Shown: in pieces, positions 20,747 through 29,499 of the stretch
How positions within the stretch are numbered: the first letter of the stretch is position 1
Layout: every line of letters begins with the position of its first letter
Source: Candidatus Nitrosomarinus catalinensis
Lineage (GTDB): Archaea > Thermoproteota > Nitrososphaeria > Nitrososphaerales > Nitrosopumilaceae
Assembly (NCBI RefSeq): GCF_002156965.1
Contig: NZ_CP021324.1
Location: 570,681-602,680 of the forward strand
Direction: 5' to 3'
Length of the DNA stretch: 32,000 nt
The notes under the pieces: model-generated
Database searches by the model: none
What the model saw: the letters and a program-made list of their open reading frames with translations, nothing else
What the model was told of the DNA's origin: nothing
Made by a program: the position numbers and the translations under genes

Positions 20747-21922
20747 GTGAGATTTTTATTTTTACTTTTTTCTATTTGCATTTTTTCAATGATGTTGCCT
20801 GCATTTGGCGATTTGAATTCTGACGTAATAGTGGATGGACTCAATAATCCTTGGGAAATAGTATTTGGACCTAATGGAGATATTTACTTTACAGAAAGAG
20901 ATGGTCGTATCTGGAAAATGAGTGAATCTGGAGTTGCAAAAGTTATCCAAACCTTCCCCAAGAGTGGTTCTGTTGAGGGTGGCACATTGGGTCTTGCATT
21001 ACATCCTGACTTTGAAGAAAATAACAAAATTTACGTATATCAAACAAATTTAGAGCTTGAATTTTATCAAAACAAAGTTTTTAGTTTTGAAGTTGATGAT
21101 GACACTCTTTCTAACAAACAGTTGATTCTTGATGGTATACCTGGTGCCCCATGGCATGATGGTGGGAGAATAAAGTTTGGTCCAGATGAAAAATTGTATA
21201 TTTCAACTGGTGATGCAATTAATCCTGGCTGGTCCCAAGATTTATCTTCTCTTGCTGGAAAAATTTTGAGAATTAATTCTGATGGAACTATTCCTGATGA
21301 TAACCCATTTGATTCAAGTCCTATCTTCTCTTATGGTCATCGCAATCCCCAAGGACTAGCGTGGTCTGCAGACGGACTTTTTCTTTCATCCGAACATGGT
21401 CCTTCAGGAGAACTTGGTTATGGGCATGATGAGATAAATCTGATTTTAAAAGGTAAAAATTATGGGTGGCCAAATATAGTTGGAAATTCGCCGGATGATT
21501 CTTTTGTTAATCCTATAATTCACAGTGGTGAGTCCACTTGGGCTCCTAGTGGAATGGTTTTTTTTGATTCTGAAAAAATTTCTGATTTTACTGGAAAATT
21601 TTTAGTTGGAACACTTCGAGGTGAGCATCTAATGGTGATGGATATTGCAAACGATGGTTCTATAATTAGTTCAGAAAAAATGTTTGATGGAGAATTTGGT
21701 AGAATTAGAACTGCTCAAATGAGTCCTGATGGAAATTTGTATCTTCTTACTGCCAATGGAAATAATGATAAGATAATTCGTATCTCAGAAACCCCTCTTG
21801 AGGATGTAAAAAAATTCACATCAAAAGAATCCGCTGATGATTTTGCAACATTGTATGTTGTAATTGGTATTGTGGGTATTGGGATAATTTTGGGCTTAGT
21901 AATAGTTAAGCGTAAATCCTGA
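20747..21922 (+). CDS. PQQ-dependent sugar (glucose/sorbosone) dehydrogenase-like beta-propeller with a signal peptide and C-terminal TM anchor
   Basis: It has the GHRNPQGLAW signature, HDGGRI.FGPD, GDA..P, and the NYGWP string. The hydrophobic N-terminus and the C-terminal LYVVIGIVGIGIILGLVIV are also present. Confidence 0.9.
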   Translation: MRFLFLLFSICIFSMMLPAFGDLNSDVIVDGLNNPWEIVFGPNGDIYFTERDGRIWKMSESGVAKVIQTFPKSGSVEGGTLGLALHPDFEENNKIYVYQTNLELEFYQNKVFSFEVDDDTLSNKQLILDGIPGAPWHDGGRIKFGPDEKLYISTGDAINPGWSQDLSSLAGKILRINSDGTIPDDNPFDSSPIFSYGHRNPQGLAWSADGLFLSSEHGPSGELGYGHDEINLILKGKNYGWPNIVGNSPDDSFVNPIIHSGESTWAPSGMVFFDSEKISDFTGKFLVGTLRGEHLMVMDIANDGSIISSEKMFDGEFGRIRTAQMSPDGNLYLLTANGNNDKIIRISETPLEDVKKFTSKESADDFATLYVVIGIVGIGIILGLVIVKRKS

Positions 21923-22059
21923 TTTCAAACAAAAATCATGCTTTTTATCTGATAATTATTCCTTTTAGGTTGGAGGCAACGGAAAATGCAACAAACCATC
22001 TTCATAACAAATCCCCTTGATGAGTCTATTCTAAATACTACTATTTTCCATATTGATTC

Positions 22060-22617
22060 ATGAAATTAATAATTGGAATTACTGGTAGCACTGGAGTAAT
22101 CTACGGAATTAGAATGCTTGAAGTTTTAAAAAAATTAAATGTTGAAACACATCTGGTTATGTCTGAGTGGGGGGAAAAATGCATCTCAATGGAAACTGAA
22201 TATACTCCTGAATATGTAAAATCTCTTGCTGCCAGCGATTCAGATGAGAAAAATATGGCTGCAAGTGTATCTAGTGGAACTCATAGAATTAATGGCATGA
22301 TAGTTGCTCCTTGTAGTATGAAGACATTAGCAGCAATTGCTAATGGTTATGATGATACATTAGTTGCAAGAGCTGCTGGTGTGACAATTAAAGAAGATAG
22401 AAAATTAATTTTAATGGTTAGAGAAACTCCAATGTCTGCAATTCATTTAGAAAACATGCTAAAATTATCCAGACTGGGTGTAATAATTTTGCCACCTGTA
22501 ACTGAATTTTATACTAAACCAAAAACCATTGATGATATTGTAAACCATGGAGTAGGAAAATGTCTTGATCAGTTTGACATTGATCATGATTTATACCCTC
22601 GATGGGGAAGTTTCTAA
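22060..22617 (+). CDS. ubiX: Flavin prenyltransferase UbiX
   Basis: Matching strings are MKLIIGITGSTG.IYGIRMLEVL, APCSMKTLAAIANGY.D.L..RAA and L.L..RETP....HLENM. Confidence 0.93.
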   Translation: MKLIIGITGSTGVIYGIRMLEVLKKLNVETHLVMSEWGEKCISMETEYTPEYVKSLAASDSDEKNMAASVSSGTHRINGMIVAPCSMKTLAAIANGYDDTLVARAAGVTIKEDRKLILMVRETPMSAIHLENMLKLSRLGVIILPPVTEFYTKPKTIDDIVNHGVGKCLDQFDIDHDLYPRWGSF

Positions 22618-23059
22618 AATACTGTTGACCACATTTTCTTTAGAAAAAATTATTCATGCTAAACGAAAAAATGTTTTTGAGATTTTCTCCAATTATGAAC
22701 AATATGAAAAATTAATCCCTGCATATTTTCCATCTATCCGTATTCGTTCAGTACGTGGAGAGACTGCAGTTGTTGAGGAACATTTCACATTAGGTGACAT
22801 TGAATTTCTTTTAATGTCCAAACATGTCTCAAAACCGTTTGTTTTACATGAAGTTTTTGTTATTGGTGGAAAATCTAAAGGTAGTTACATTCGACAGGAG
22901 TTTATTGAAATTCCTGACGGAACTAAAATTTTAGTTGATGTGGATTTAAAATTGATGGGAGCAATGAAAATTCCAAAATTATTGGATAAATCGAAACTAA
23001 TTGCCAATTATTCAAAATTACTAGATGATATGACTATTTTATGTGAAAAATCAGTCTGA
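22586..23059 (+). CDS. SRPBCC/START-like (COQ10/polyketide-cyclase-type) protein; start uncertain
   Basis: The pattern ...VFEIFSNYEQYEKLIPAYFPSIRIRSVRGETAVVEEHF... is typical of SRPBCC N-termini. The listed ATG 22565 and ATG 22586 both overlap ubiX. TTG 22625 is an alternative start. Confidence 0.6.
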   Translation: MIYTLDGEVSKILLTTFSLEKIIHAKRKNVFEIFSNYEQYEKLIPAYFPSIRIRSVRGETAVVEEHFTLGDIEFLLMSKHVSKPFVLHEVFVIGGKSKGSYIRQEFIEIPDGTKILVDVDLKLMGAMKIPKLLDKSKLIANYSKLLDDMTILCEKSV

Positions 23060-23257
23060 TTTTACTTCTTTATCTTTAGGAGATTCGTCAATTTTTCCTT
23101 TGAAATCTTCTAGTTCCTTATCTCCTTCAATTTTTCCTTTTTCAAATTCGCCTTTGGCCTTACCAAATGTTTTAGCAAGTTCTGGGATTTTTTTAGCACC
23201 AAAAATTAGTACGCCTATTACCACAACTAAAACTATGATTTCGGTACTTCCAAGCAT
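23051..23257 (-). CDS. tatA: Twin-arginine translocase subunit TatA/E
   Basis: MLGSTEIIVLVVVIGVLIFGAKKIPELAKTFGKAKGEFEKG is the canonical TatA TM plus amphipathic helix. Confidence 0.9.
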   Translation of the reverse strand: MLGSTEIIVLVVVIGVLIFGAKKIPELAKTFGKAKGEFEKGKIEGDKELEDFKGKIDESPKDKEVKSD

Positions 23258-23284
23258 TATAACCCTACTTCTTAGATTTCAGAT

Positions 23285-24076
23285 TTAAGTGTTCAACTTT
23301 TCTCTTTGTTTACGCTCAATGAACAACATGCCTGCAAAATATAATCCAATCATTGGCCCTGCAACAAACATCATTGTAACACCTGTTCCATCAGGAGTAA
23401 TGATTGCACCAAAAATTATGATGATCACAATTGCATACCTTGCATTTTTTCTCCAAAAATCTTTGTCTACCATACCTGACATTGAAATTGCATACATGAT
23501 TAATGGAAGTTGAAAAGAAAATCCAAATGCCAATAAAAATTGTAATACAAAAGTTACAAATTCCATTACGTTTAGGAATGTAACTAGTCCAGCTGAATCC
23601 CCGTATCGATATAAAAATTCTAAAATATATGGAATTACAAAATTATATGAAAATACACATCCTGCAATAAACAATCCTAATGCAGGTAGTGAGATATTTC
23701 TACTAACGTTAATTTCATTTTCTTTCAAAGCTGGTTTGATAAATCCAACAAATTCTCTGATAATTACTGGCATTCCAATTACCATTCCTACTAATGCTGA
23801 AACATACATTTGAGCAAAGAAAGCTTGTCCTGGTGCAGTTTGAATTAATTGTACATCTGTAGGAACTAAATTCTCTCTCATATGGTTTGTAATTTGAGCT
23901 GCAATATTGTTTTGAGGATCCGGTGATGGATAGTACAGTGTAACTTCTCCAATGTTAATTGGTTCTGCATGAAATGTCAAAACAACAACTGTGATGATTC
24001 CAATTACTATTACTATTCTTAGAAGTCTTTTTCTTAATTCCTCAAGATGTGTGTTGATACTTTCTAAATTTGACAT
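23285..24076 (-). CDS. tatC: Twin-arginine translocase subunit TatC
   Basis: It has the HLEELRKRLL N-terminus, six TM segments and ~260 aa. It lies immediately upstream of tatA on the same strand. Confidence 0.93.
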   Translation of the reverse strand: MSNLESINTHLEELRKRLLRIVIVIGIITVVVLTFHAEPINIGEVTLYYPSPDPQNNIAAQITNHMRENLVPTDVQLIQTAPGQAFFAQMYVSALVGMVIGMPVIIREFVGFIKPALKENEINVSRNISLPALGLFIAGCVFSYNFVIPYILEFLYRYGDSAGLVTFLNVMEFVTFVLQFLLAFGFSFQLPLIMYAISMSGMVDKDFWRKNARYAIVIIIIFGAIITPDGTGVTMMFVAGPMIGLYFAGMLFIERKQREKLNT

Positions 24077-24129
24077 CCAATTTCATTTTGTGCTATGATG
24101 TATGAAAATGTATATTTTTTAAAAAAGAC

Positions 24130-24600
24130 CTATTTTGGAATTGGCAATAGTTTTGCTTCTGGCATGCCTGATTCTTTTAATGCTTCAGCAGTTATGTCTT
24201 CAAATTCTAAAGATATGATTGCTTTAGTGTTGAATTTACTCTCCATTTCTTTTGCTAATTCACCAATATCTTTACTAGAGAAAATTTGATCTGAATCTTT
24301 CAATAGTATTCTATCTCCTTTCTCCATTTCTTTACCATTAAATTTTCCTTGCAAAAATTTTGTAATTTCTGGAAGTTCTTTTCTATCTATATTATTATGA
24401 AAATAACAAACCCCTTTAACTGATTCATAATCATAAGCGGTACCATTTCTATACATGAATACTCCAATAAAGTGTGCTTCTTCCTCTGGTTCTCTAACAC
24501 ATTTAATTTCCCAATTCAATAATTTACTCTCATCGTAATTGAATTCTTTCATTTCATCCGAAGTGATTTTCCAATATCTCATTCTATCCTTTCTTGCCAT
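24130..24600 (-). CDS. Hypothetical protein (156 aa)
   Basis: Clean ORF. The antisense ORF 24095-24289 is judged a shadow. No motif recognised. Confidence 0.6.
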   Translation of the reverse strand: MARKDRMRYWKITSDEMKEFNYDESKLLNWEIKCVREPEEEAHFIGVFMYRNGTAYDYESVKGVCYFHNNIDRKELPEITKFLQGKFNGKEMEKGDRILLKDSDQIFSSKDIGELAKEMESKFNTKAIISLEFEDITAEALKESGMPEAKLLPIPK

Positions 24601-24676
24601 ATATGATATGTTGAAATATTCTGGTATAACTATCTAACCCTAAAATTGCTATCTAGAAATGTAAATTACTAGCCTG

Positions 24677-25852
24677 ATGAAATTATTTGTAATGAATATG
24701 AGGAAATCTATTCGTGAACAATATTTACAATTATTAGATAGGGAGCCTACACTTGATGACTTAGATTTCTATGCCGATGAGATACAAAATAATAAAATAA
24801 ATTTAGAACAACTGTCTTTAATTCTCAAAAATTCTAGCGAATATACTGAATTACAAAAAAAAGAAATTTCTCAAAACAAATCAATCCAAATAGATACTTA
24901 CAACGATGTTAGAATACAGGGACAGACTGTTTCTTTAGGATATAGAGAGTCTGTAGAACGTTATCAAGAAATTTTAAAATTTTGTAAAAAATTCAATCGT
25001 CCAATATCTGTTTTAGATTTGGGTGCAGCTGAAGGTTATTTCACATTTCGATTATCTGAGGATTTTTCTGGTGTTTTTGTTGCTGTGGAGGGTGATTCTA
25101 AACGAAATTTGCTAGATTCTTGTAAAAAAAACAATAATCAGAATATTTTACTCCTCGAAAAACAAATGAATTTGAAACATTTACAGAATCTCAAAGAAGT
25201 TCAGCATTTTGATATTGTATTGGCTTTGAATGTTGTACATCACTTTGATGAGCCTTTTCAAGATGTCCTTGAACTTCTTGTCTCTATGAGTTCATTTTGT
25301 TTTTTTGAACACCCTAATTCCTTAGAAAATACTGCTACAAAAAATTCATCTCGACTTAAAAGTGAAAAATTGAAACTTGAAAAATTTTTACCTCAATTAC
25401 TGAACAAAAATAAATCCGGTTTGGGTGACGCTGTAAATCAAAAACTTGAAAGAAACATGTGGTTGTTAAAAAATACTGAATCTAAAACAATTGATCGTGC
25501 TTGGCGTGGAACTGAAAAATATGATGAGGAATTTGGTCCTGATTCCCATATTGATATTAAATCAAATTTTGATGAAATCCTAATTGATTATGGTTCAAGA
25601 AATGAAAAAAGAAATTGGATTCAAGGAATTGATTTGAGAACATTTCTGGAAAATAATGGTGTCTATCCTACTAATGATCAGGTACTTGATATGATTAATT
25701 CTATGAATACTGATAATGCTCGTGACTTGGGACCTCATAATTTAATTTTAAATGGACATGAACTATTACCTATTGATCAAGACGATAAATTTGATGACGT
25801 AAATACAAAAGAGAAATTAAAATCATTTTTAATACAAAGTGGACTGCTATAA
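24677..25852 (+). CDS. Class I SAM-dependent methyltransferase with an N-terminal DUF4214-like segment and an unassigned C-terminal region
   Basis: Motif I is VLDLGAAEGYFTF. The N-terminal string YLQLLDREPTLDDLDFYADEI...LILKNSSEY resembles DUF4214. The C-terminal string RDLGPHNLILNGHELLPID resembles a kinase catalytic loop (D-x4-N ... ID). Confidence 0.8.
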   Translation: MKLFVMNMRKSIREQYLQLLDREPTLDDLDFYADEIQNNKINLEQLSLILKNSSEYTELQKKEISQNKSIQIDTYNDVRIQGQTVSLGYRESVERYQEILKFCKKFNRPISVLDLGAAEGYFTFRLSEDFSGVFVAVEGDSKRNLLDSCKKNNNQNILLLEKQMNLKHLQNLKEVQHFDIVLALNVVHHFDEPFQDVLELLVSMSSFCFFEHPNSLENTATKNSSRLKSEKLKLEKFLPQLLNKNKSGLGDAVNQKLERNMWLLKNTESKTIDRAWRGTEKYDEEFGPDSHIDIKSNFDEILIDYGSRNEKRNWIQGIDLRTFLENNGVYPTNDQVLDMINSMNTDNARDLGPHNLILNGHELLPIDQDDKFDDVNTKEKLKSFLIQSGLL

Positions 25853-25904
25853 TTTTTGAAATTATTCGGAAGATAGATTAATCAGTATTTTACTACTCGA
25901 TGAT

Positions 25905-26165
25905 ATGACAAGTTATCAGGTTCATGTGACAATAGAAAACAAGCCTGGGATTAGTGATCCTGAAGGAAAAACCATTCTGAATGATTTAGTTTTGAAAGGT
26001 ACCCATCAAAATGTATCTGAAATTAAAACTGCAAAAATGTTAAAATTTTCAATTGATGAAAAAGATAAAGAAACTGCTCAGTCAAAGGTTAAGGAGATTT
26101 GTGATGAACTAAGAATTTACAATCCTATGGTCAGTATTGTCAAAATTGATGTTTTTGACATTTAA
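25905..26165 (+). CDS. purS: Phosphoribosylformylglycinamidine synthase subunit PurS
   Basis: It is 86 aa. VHVTIENKPGISDPEGKTILNDL matches the PurS pattern, and it is adjacent to purQ/purL. Confidence 0.9.
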   Translation: MTSYQVHVTIENKPGISDPEGKTILNDLVLKGTHQNVSEIKTAKMLKFSIDEKDKETAQSKVKEICDELRIYNPMVSIVKIDVFDI

Positions 26166-26578
26166 TTTGTTTCAATATTTTCAACAGTTGCATTAATCAA
26201 AATTTTGCTTCTCAGAAATTCTGTTAAATCTGTTTGAGTGATTACTCCTGCTAAATTCTCATTTTCCAAAACTACTAGGCGTCTAATGTTGTTGTTTAAC
26301 ATTTTTTGAACTGCTGATTCAATTGATGCGTTTGGTTCGACCCATTTGAAATTTTTAGACATAATTGTTTCTAATTGTGTTGCATGTGCATCATTGCTGT
26401 CTGCAACAATTTTTCTTACAATGTCTCTTTCTGAAACAATTCCTATTGGCTTTCCTTCTTTGACCACTACTACAAAACTGATCTCTTTTTCTTTAAGAAT
26501 AATTGCTGCATCATGTGCTTTTTTTATGCTTTCAATTGTAATTACATTCTTTTGCATGATGTCTCTGACTTTTGCCAT
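26162..26578 (-). CDS. Stand-alone CBS-domain-pair protein
   Basis: It has two CBS repeats (VRDIMQKNVITI...PIGIVSERDIVRKI; IMSKNFKWV...LAGVITQTDLTEFL). Confidence 0.9.
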   Translation of the reverse strand: MAKVRDIMQKNVITIESIKKAHDAAIILKEKEISFVVVVKEGKPIGIVSERDIVRKIVADSNDAHATQLETIMSKNFKWVEPNASIESAVQKMLNNNIRRLVVLENENLAGVITQTDLTEFLRSKILINATVENIETN

Positions 26579-26625
26579 AGCGATCCCCTAAATTATTCAC
26601 TTAAAAATTGTATTAGGCTGGGCTC

Positions 26626-26636
26626 AAATTAAATAA
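26626..26636 (+). promoter_or_regulatory. Putative TATA box for purQ-purL-purF
   Basis: AAATTAAATAA is centred 26 nt upstream of the GTG start at 26657. Confidence 0.35.
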
Positions 26637-26656
26637 CTCTGAAACTAAAATCTATT

Positions 26657-27337
26657 GTGAATGTTGGAGTTGTAGTTTTTCCTGGAAGTAATTGCGATCG
26701 TGATATGTTTCATGTATTATCTGATGTTTTTAATCTAAATGCCCAATATTGCTGGCATGACAAGCCTCTTCCTGATAATCTTGATGCTGTCATTCTGCCT
26801 GGTGGGTTCTCATATGGTGATAGGTTACGAGCTGGAGTTATTGCTGCAAATAGTCCAATTATACAAGATGTAAAAAAAATTGCTCAAAAAGGACTTCCAA
26901 TTTTAGGAGTTTGTAATGGATTTCAAATTTTGGTAGAATCTGGATTGTTGCCTGGAGTTTTGCTCAAAAATGATTCTCTTAATTTTATGTGTGAGTGGAC
27001 AAATTTGATTGTTGAAAATAATAAGACTCCATTTACAAATCAATTTGAATTAAACCAGAAAATACCTATACCAATTGCAAATGGTGAAGGACGTTATTAT
27101 GTAGATGATGAGACATTGAACAAACTTGAAGAAAAGAATCAGATTGTTTTCAAATATGATAAAGTTGTGAATGGTTCGTTAAATCAAATTGCTGGTGTTT
27201 GCAATGAAGATGGAAATGTAGTTGGCATGATGCCTCATCCTGAAAGAGCTGTTGAATCCGAAATCAATCCTCAAGATAACAAACCATCTTCATTAATTTT
27301 TGAATCTCTATTGAAAAAGGCAGGAATTGAAAATTGA
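26657..27337 (+). CDS. purQ: Phosphoribosylformylglycinamidine synthase, glutaminase subunit PurQ
   Basis: FPGSNCDRD, the catalytic GVCNGFQ and MMPHPER are present. Confidence 0.95.
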   Translation: MNVGVVVFPGSNCDRDMFHVLSDVFNLNAQYCWHDKPLPDNLDAVILPGGFSYGDRLRAGVIAANSPIIQDVKKIAQKGLPILGVCNGFQILVESGLLPGVLLKNDSLNFMCEWTNLIVENNKTPFTNQFELNQKIPIPIANGEGRYYVDDETLNKLEEKNQIVFKYDKVVNGSLNQIAGVCNEDGNVVGMMPHPERAVESEINPQDNKPSSLIFESLLKKAGIEN

Positions 27338-29499
27338 GTTTAGAGTCACGTGAATTAGAGGAATTAAAAACAAAAATTGGTAGAGACCCAACTCCAACTG
27401 AATTACAAATTGTAGCAGCTGAATGGTCCGAACACTGCTCTTACAAATCTTCTAAAAAACATCTCAAAATGTTACCCATGGATGGGCCATTGGTAATTAA
27501 TGAAAAAGGATATGATTCTGGAGTTTTAGATGTCGGAGATGGATATGTTGTAACTGCCCATATTGAAAGTCATAATCATCCTTCAGCAGTTGAGCCTTAT
27601 GGTGGTGCTGCAACAGGTGTTGGAGGAGTAATTAGAGATATTTTGTCTGCTGGAACTCGTCCCATTGCACTTCTTGATGGATTACGTTTTGGAAATATTG
27701 AAAATGATCAACATGCAAAATGGCTTTTTAAAAATGCAGTAACTGGAATTGCAGATTATGGCAATTGTTTAGGAATTCCTACAGTTGGAGGTGAAGTTGA
27801 ATTTGATGAATGCTACAAAAATTACGCAATGGTTGATGTAGCTGCAATCGGGTTTGGAAAAAAAGATAATTTAATTAAAAATCATGCAAAAAAAGGGGAC
27901 TTGGTAGTTCTATTGGGTGGTGCCACTGGTAGAGATGGTATTGGTGGTTCTCAATTTGCATCTGATTCTTTAGAAACTGAGGATCGTTCAGCTGTTCAAA
28001 TCCCTGATCCTTTTATTGAAAAATTAATCATTGAAGCAATTTTGGAAGCACGTAATGAACAATTAATTCATGCAATGAAAGATCTTGGCGGTGGTGGTTT
28101 GTCATGTGCTGTGTCTGAAACTGCTGATGCATTAGATATTGGAATAGAAATGGATGTGGATAAAGTCCATACTCGTGAGTCTGACATGCATTCTGATGAA
28201 ATAATGATTTCTGAATCTCAAGAAAGAATGTTGATTGTTACTGACAGTGAAAAATTAATTAAATTACAAAAAATTTGTGAGAAATTTAGAATTGAATGCT
28301 CTGTAATTGGACACGTAACATTTGACAATAAAATGCATGTAAAAAAAGGTGAAACTTCAATTGCAAATATTTCTACAGATATTGTTGCAAATGCAACTTT
28401 GCTTGATTTACCTTCAAGAAAACCTGTATATCTTGAAAATCTTGAGATAGCAAAATCTTTCCCACAATTATCTGATTATTCTGAAACCTTGATGAAATTG
28501 CTTGGTTCTCCAAATATTGCAAGTAAGATTTGGGTTTATGGCCAATATGATCATGAGGTTGGAATTAGAACTGTAACAAAACCTGGTCATGATGCATCTG
28601 TTTTGAGGCTAGATAATGGAAAATCTCTTTCAATTAAGATTGATGGTAATCCAAAACAGTGCTACATTAATCCACGTGAAGGTGCAATTGGTTGTTTTGA
28701 AGAAGCGTGTAGAAATGTAGTTTGTACTGGAGCAAAACCAATAGGAATGCTTGACCATCTTCAGTTTGGAAATCCAAATGATCCTGAAATATTTTGGACA
28801 TTTTTAGAATCCCTTAAAGGACTGACTGATTTTGCAAAAGACTTTGAAATTCCATGTGTTGGTGGTAAGGTGAGTTTGTACAATGAAACATCTGATGGTC
28901 CAATCAAACCAACTCCAGTAATTGGTGTAATTGGTTTAATTGAAAAGAAACCTTTGAGGATTCAAAAAATTAATTCTGGAGATTCATTAATTCTGATTGG
29001 TGAAACTAGAGATGAATTGGGAGGTTCAGAATATTCTGAATACATTCACAAATTTGTTGGAGGCAAGTGCCCTGCAGTTGACTTTACAGAATCCAAGAAA
29101 AATATGGATTCTGTATTGGAAATAATTGAAAATGAATTAATCAAATCTGCACATGATTGTTCTAAAGGCGGATTGGCAATTGCAATATCTGAACTTTGCA
29201 TGACAAATCAAATTGGGTGTAACATTTCATTGGAAAAAATACCTGGCGAAAAATTGGATTCTGATAAGATTTTATTTTCAGAAAGTCATTCAAGATATTT
29301 AATTACATTTGAAAAAGAAAATATTCAAAATCTGGAAGAGGTATTGAAAAAACACAATGTATCATATTCAGTAATTGGTGAGTTTGCTGGTGACTCCATT
29401 CAATTTAGTAATGATTCTAAACCAATAATTGATCTAAGCGTTGATAAGGCACAAAAGACTTGGTTTAATTCGTTAAGGGAGATGGTTCTACGTGCCTAA
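27334..29499 (+). CDS. purL: Phosphoribosylformylglycinamidine synthase subunit PurL (FGAM synthase II)
   Basis: EWSEHCSYKSS, ESHNHPSAVEPYGGAATGVGG.IRD and a duplicated AIR-synthase-like fold are present. The TTG start overlaps the purQ TGA (ATTGA). Confidence 0.96.
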   Translation: MSLESRELEELKTKIGRDPTPTELQIVAAEWSEHCSYKSSKKHLKMLPMDGPLVINEKGYDSGVLDVGDGYVVTAHIESHNHPSAVEPYGGAATGVGGVIRDILSAGTRPIALLDGLRFGNIENDQHAKWLFKNAVTGIADYGNCLGIPTVGGEVEFDECYKNYAMVDVAAIGFGKKDNLIKNHAKKGDLVVLLGGATGRDGIGGSQFASDSLETEDRSAVQIPDPFIEKLIIEAILEARNEQLIHAMKDLGGGGLSCAVSETADALDIGIEMDVDKVHTRESDMHSDEIMISESQERMLIVTDSEKLIKLQKICEKFRIECSVIGHVTFDNKMHVKKGETSIANISTDIVANATLLDLPSRKPVYLENLEIAKSFPQLSDYSETLMKLLGSPNIASKIWVYGQYDHEVGIRTVTKPGHDASVLRLDNGKSLSIKIDGNPKQCYINPREGAIGCFEEACRNVVCTGAKPIGMLDHLQFGNPNDPEIFWTFLESLKGLTDFAKDFEIPCVGGKVSLYNETSDGPIKPTPVIGVIGLIEKKPLRIQKINSGDSLILIGETRDELGGSEYSEYIHKFVGGKCPAVDFTESKKNMDSVLEIIENELIKSAHDCSKGGLAIAISELCMTNQIGCNISLEKIPGEKLDSDKILFSESHSRYLITFEKENIQNLEEVLKKHNVSYSVIGEFAGDSIQFSNDSKPIIDLSVDKAQKTWFNSLREMVLRA

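Noticed and set aside
23043-24289. ORFs 23043-23288 (+), 23289-23513 (+) and 24095-24289 (+)
   Set aside because: They are antisense to tatA, tatC and the 156-aa gene respectively. The opposite-strand products have canonical TatA and TatC sequences.
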